32,000 nucleotides of DNA from contig OZ248515.1 of assembly GCA_965234525.1 (NCBI GenBank), forward strand, positions 1,124,032-1,156,031, read 5' to 3'. Below, in pieces: positions 29,871 to 32,000 of this stretch. The number at the start of each line of letters is the position of its first letter. Position 1 is the first letter of the stretch. The notes under the pieces were generated by a model that made no database searches, was not told where the DNA came from, and was given only the letters and a program-made list of their open reading frames with translations. The translations under genes and the position numbers were made by a program. The DNA is from Caulobacteraceae bacterium. GTDB lineage: Bacteria; Pseudomonadota; Alphaproteobacteria; Caulobacterales; Aquidulcibacteraceae.

Positions 29871-29879
29871 TGTGGATGT
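29871..29879 (-). promoter_or_regulatory. DnaA-box-like site, 2 mismatches
   Basis: TGTGGATGT on the + strand = ACATCCACA. Confidence 0.4.
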
Positions 29880-29986
29880 TCGAGAAAAGTTCCAGAGGCT
29901 TTATCCCTTTGTACTTCCCACGCAGCAATTTGTTTCGCTAATTCATACAAAATTAACCGTGTTTTTTAGAGATTCATTAAGCTTTT

Positions 29987-30001
29987 TTAACAAGTTGTTA
30001 A
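29987..30001. promoter_or_regulatory. CtrA-type binding site (TTAA-N7-TTAA)
   Basis: TTAACAAGTTGTTAA: exact TTAA-N7-TTAA and a perfect 7+1+7 palindrome. Additional TTAA at 29953-29956 (TTAACCGT) and 29977-29980. Confidence 0.65.
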
Positions 30002-30048
30002 CAGCCCTACCGGGGTAAACTGGTCCACCTATCGGTACCTTTTGGTCA

Positions 30049-30067
30049 GACCTAAAGAAGTTAGGTC
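30049..30067. repeat. Short perfect inverted repeat upstream of the PpsR-like gene
   Basis: GACCTAA-agaag-TTAGGTC. Confidence 0.6.
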
Positions 30068-30120
30068 AGAAAATGTATGAAGACCTTGATCCGAAATGGT
30101 TCGTCGGTCACAGCTTTTCT

Positions 30121-30942
30121 ATGCGCATTTCCACTTTTCTAAACGTTCATTTGGTGTCTGACTCCACAGGCGAAACGCTCAACGCAGTTTTGCGGGCCGT
30201 TGCGCCCTTATTTGAAGGCGTGACGCCTTTAGAGCATTCCTATTATTTGGTGCGCTCTCGCCGCCAACTTGACCGGGTTTTGGCTGAGATTGAGTCCTTC
30301 CCCGGCGTGGTACTGTTCACGATTGCCGCGCATGATCTCCGCGATGTTTTGGTTGATCATTGCAAGCATTTGGGCATTCCAGCACTACCGCTCTTAGATC
30401 AAGTTCTCACCATGTGGGAACATCATCTGAAAATGCGCGCCGGTGAAAAGACAGGCTCTAAGCAAGCATTGGACGAAAATTACTTTCGTCGGATTGACGC
30501 TCTTAACTACACCATGGCCCATGATGACGGCCAAATGGTACATGAGTTCAATCAAGCGGATGTGGTGCTTGTGGGCGTCAGTCGGACCTCAAAAACGCCA
30601 ACGTCAATTTATCTTGCCAACCGCGGTATTCGAACAGGGAATTTCCCGCTGGTGCCAAAAGCCCCAATCCCTCAAGCGCTGTTAGAACTCAATAAGCCAT
30701 TGGTTGTTGGGTTGCGGGTTTCTCCTGATCGGTTGATTGCCATTCGCCGTAACCGGCTTTTGTCGCTTAATGCCGATGCGACCAGTGAATATGTTGATGA
30801 AGATGCGGTGCGCGAAGAGATTACGGACGCTAACCGTTTGTTTGAACGTCAGAATTGGCCCGTAATCGATGTAACCCGACGATCAATTGAAGAAACCTCG
30901 GCCGCCATTTTGAATCTGCTTACAGACCGGAATGCAAAATAG
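30121..30942 (+). CDS. Pyruvate, phosphate/water dikinase regulatory protein (PpsR/DUF299, RP001-like)
   Basis: FLNVHLVSDSTGETLNAVLRA, DVVLVGVSRTSKTPTSIYLANRGIRTGNFPLVP. Start at ATG 30121 preferred over 30073. Confidence 0.93.
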   Translation: MRISTFLNVHLVSDSTGETLNAVLRAVAPLFEGVTPLEHSYYLVRSRRQLDRVLAEIESFPGVVLFTIAAHDLRDVLVDHCKHLGIPALPLLDQVLTMWEHHLKMRAGEKTGSKQALDENYFRRIDALNYTMAHDDGQMVHEFNQADVVLVGVSRTSKTPTSIYLANRGIRTGNFPLVPKAPIPQALLELNKPLVVGLRVSPDRLIAIRRNRLLSLNADATSEYVDEDAVREEITDANRLFERQNWPVIDVTRRSIEETSAAILNLLTDRNAK

Positions 30943-30944
30943 TC

Positions 30945-31532
30945 ATGCTAACGCTCGCTTCTACCAGCACCATTCGTCGTCATCTCCTCACGCAAGCCGG
31001 CATTCGTTTTGAGGCTATCGGATCTGGTGTAGACGAAGATGCCGTAAAAGAGGCGATGCGGGCTGAAGGGGCTAGTCCGCGCAATCAAGCGGATAAGCTC
31101 GCTGAACTTAAGGCGTTGAAGGTTTCACAAAGACGGCCGGGCTTTGTCCTCGGCTGTGACCAAATCCTGTCGTTTGAAGGCCATTCGTTTGACAAGGCCG
31201 AAACACTGGACGAGGCTTTTGAACGCCTCAGCCAATTGCGCGGCAAGACACACACCCTTGAATGCGCAGCGGTTATCGCAAAAGAGGGTCAACCTGTCTG
31301 GCGCTTAGTAACGAGCCCAAAACTAACCATGCGGGCCTTTTCGGATGATTTCTTGCGCTCATACCTGACGTCGTATGGTCAAGAGGCGCTTGCAAGTGTC
31401 GGCTGTTATCAGTTTGAGGGCCCTGGTGCGCAATTGTTTGAGAAGGTTGAGGGGGACTTTTTTTCAATCCTTGGCCTGCCGTTATTAGAGGTCCTAGCCT
31501 TCTTGCGTCTGCATGGGGAGGTCCCAACTTGA
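30945..31532 (+). CDS. maf: Maf-family nucleotide pyrophosphatase
   Basis: LASTSTIRRHLLTQAGIRFEAIGSGVDEDAVKEAMRAEGASPRNQADKLAELKA, FVLGCDQILSFEG. Confidence 0.9.
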   Translation: MLTLASTSTIRRHLLTQAGIRFEAIGSGVDEDAVKEAMRAEGASPRNQADKLAELKALKVSQRRPGFVLGCDQILSFEGHSFDKAETLDEAFERLSQLRGKTHTLECAAVIAKEGQPVWRLVTSPKLTMRAFSDDFLRSYLTSYGQEALASVGCYQFEGPGAQLFEKVEGDFFSILGLPLLEVLAFLRLHGEVPT

Positions 31533-32000
31533 AGATTAGCGGATCGACCGAGCTTTATGCGGTTTTGGGCAATCCGGTGCGGCATTCCATGTCACCGGTT
31601 TTGCAAAACGCGTGGATACAAGCACACGGATTTAACGCGCTTTATGTCGCACTTCCTATTGAGCTGGAAGACTTTGAGGCGGCCCTTCAAGGCTTGGCCG
31701 CTAGCGATGTGTGTGGGCTAAACATCACAACACCGTTCAAGGAACGCGCGGCGCAGGCGGCCTTGCGTCAATCTGACCGGGTGAAATTGGTTGGCGCTGC
31801 TAATTGCCTAAGTTTGGACCGAGCTGGTCGCGGGTACGATGCCAACAACACGGACGGCGACGGTCTGGTTGTTGATCTGGACGCGCGGGCATCTGACTGG
31901 CGCGATTCTGCCGGACATATAGTGGTTCTGGGCGCCGGCGGGGCGGCCCGCTCCATTCTTGCGGCTCTATCCGCGCATAGCCAAACTGCCATTTGCGTCA
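31529..32000 (+). CDS. aroE: Shikimate dehydrogenase (3' truncated by window edge, TTG start)
   Basis: Translation from TTG 31529: KISGSTELYAVLGNPVRHSMSPVLQNAWIQAHG...NITTPFKERAA...VGAANCLSL...NTDGDG...VVLGAGGAARSILAAL. Confidence 0.93.
   Translation, partial: MKISGSTELYAVLGNPVRHSMSPVLQNAWIQAHGFNALYVALPIELEDFEAALQGLAASDVCGLNITTPFKERAAQAALRQSDRVKLVGAANCLSLDRAGRGYDANNTDGDGLVVDLDARASDWRDSAGHIVVLGAGGAARSILAALSAHSQTAICV

Larger units (their letters stand above)
29625..30120. other. oriC: Putative chromosomal replication origin (Cori-like hemE/RP001 intergenic region)
   Basis: Location between divergent hemE and the PpsR/DUF299 (RP001-type) gene, followed by maf-aroE. Contains a TTTTCCACA DnaA box plus weaker boxes, an exact IHF consensus (TATCAATAGCTTA), an exact TTAA-N7-TTAA CtrA motif, AT-rich stretches and three GANTC sites. 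Confidence 0.8.

Noticed and set aside
30073-30120. N-terminal extension MYEDLDPKWFVGHSFS of the PpsR-like protein
   Set aside because: Family homology starts just after ATG 30121, so the extension is probably not translated. Kept only as an ambiguity in the findings.
1-32000. CRISPR arrays, tRNA/rRNA genes, integrases/transposases, toxin-antitoxin or known defence systems
   Set aside because: No periodic direct repeats, RNA gene signatures or diagnostic protein motifs were recognised on reading. The content is mainly core genome.

Overview
This 32 kb window comes from an alphaproteobacterium and looks Caulobacterales/Hyphomonadaceae-like; that is inferred from gene content and order, with no database search. 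Blocks in order: (1) the tail of a type IVc (Tad/Flp, cpa) pilus operon, cpaB-cpaC-cpaD-cpaE-cpaF-tadB-tadC; (2) a small zinc-finger protein, an orphan ABC ATPase, trmB and a YkgJ-type cysteine-cluster protein; (3) an M24 peptidase, an XRE regulator, lnt, a CorC/HlyC-like protein, an in-frame PhoH-YbeY fusion, miaB, and an L,D-transpeptidase convergent with the next block; (4) an OmpR-type response regulator, then a GntR/UTRA regulator and YciI-like protein next to a LeuC/LeuD-like hydro-lyase and an isocitrate-lyase/PEP-mutase-family lyase; (5) an SDR-fold protein whose catalytic residues look degenerate, a structured intergenic region, rho, hemJ, hemH and hemE; (6) the hemE / PpsR(RP001-like) intergenic region, followed by maf and aroE. 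Block 6 has the gene context of the Caulobacter chromosomal origin (Cori). It contains DnaA-box-like sites, an exact IHF consensus match and an exact TTAA-N7-TTAA CtrA-type site. The strongest leads are the putative oriC, the PhoH-YbeY fusion, the dehydratase/lyase cluster of unknown substrate, the degenerate SDR and the palindrome-rich intergenic region at 24079-24199. No CRISPR array, rRNA, tRNA, transposase or recognisable defence system was seen.
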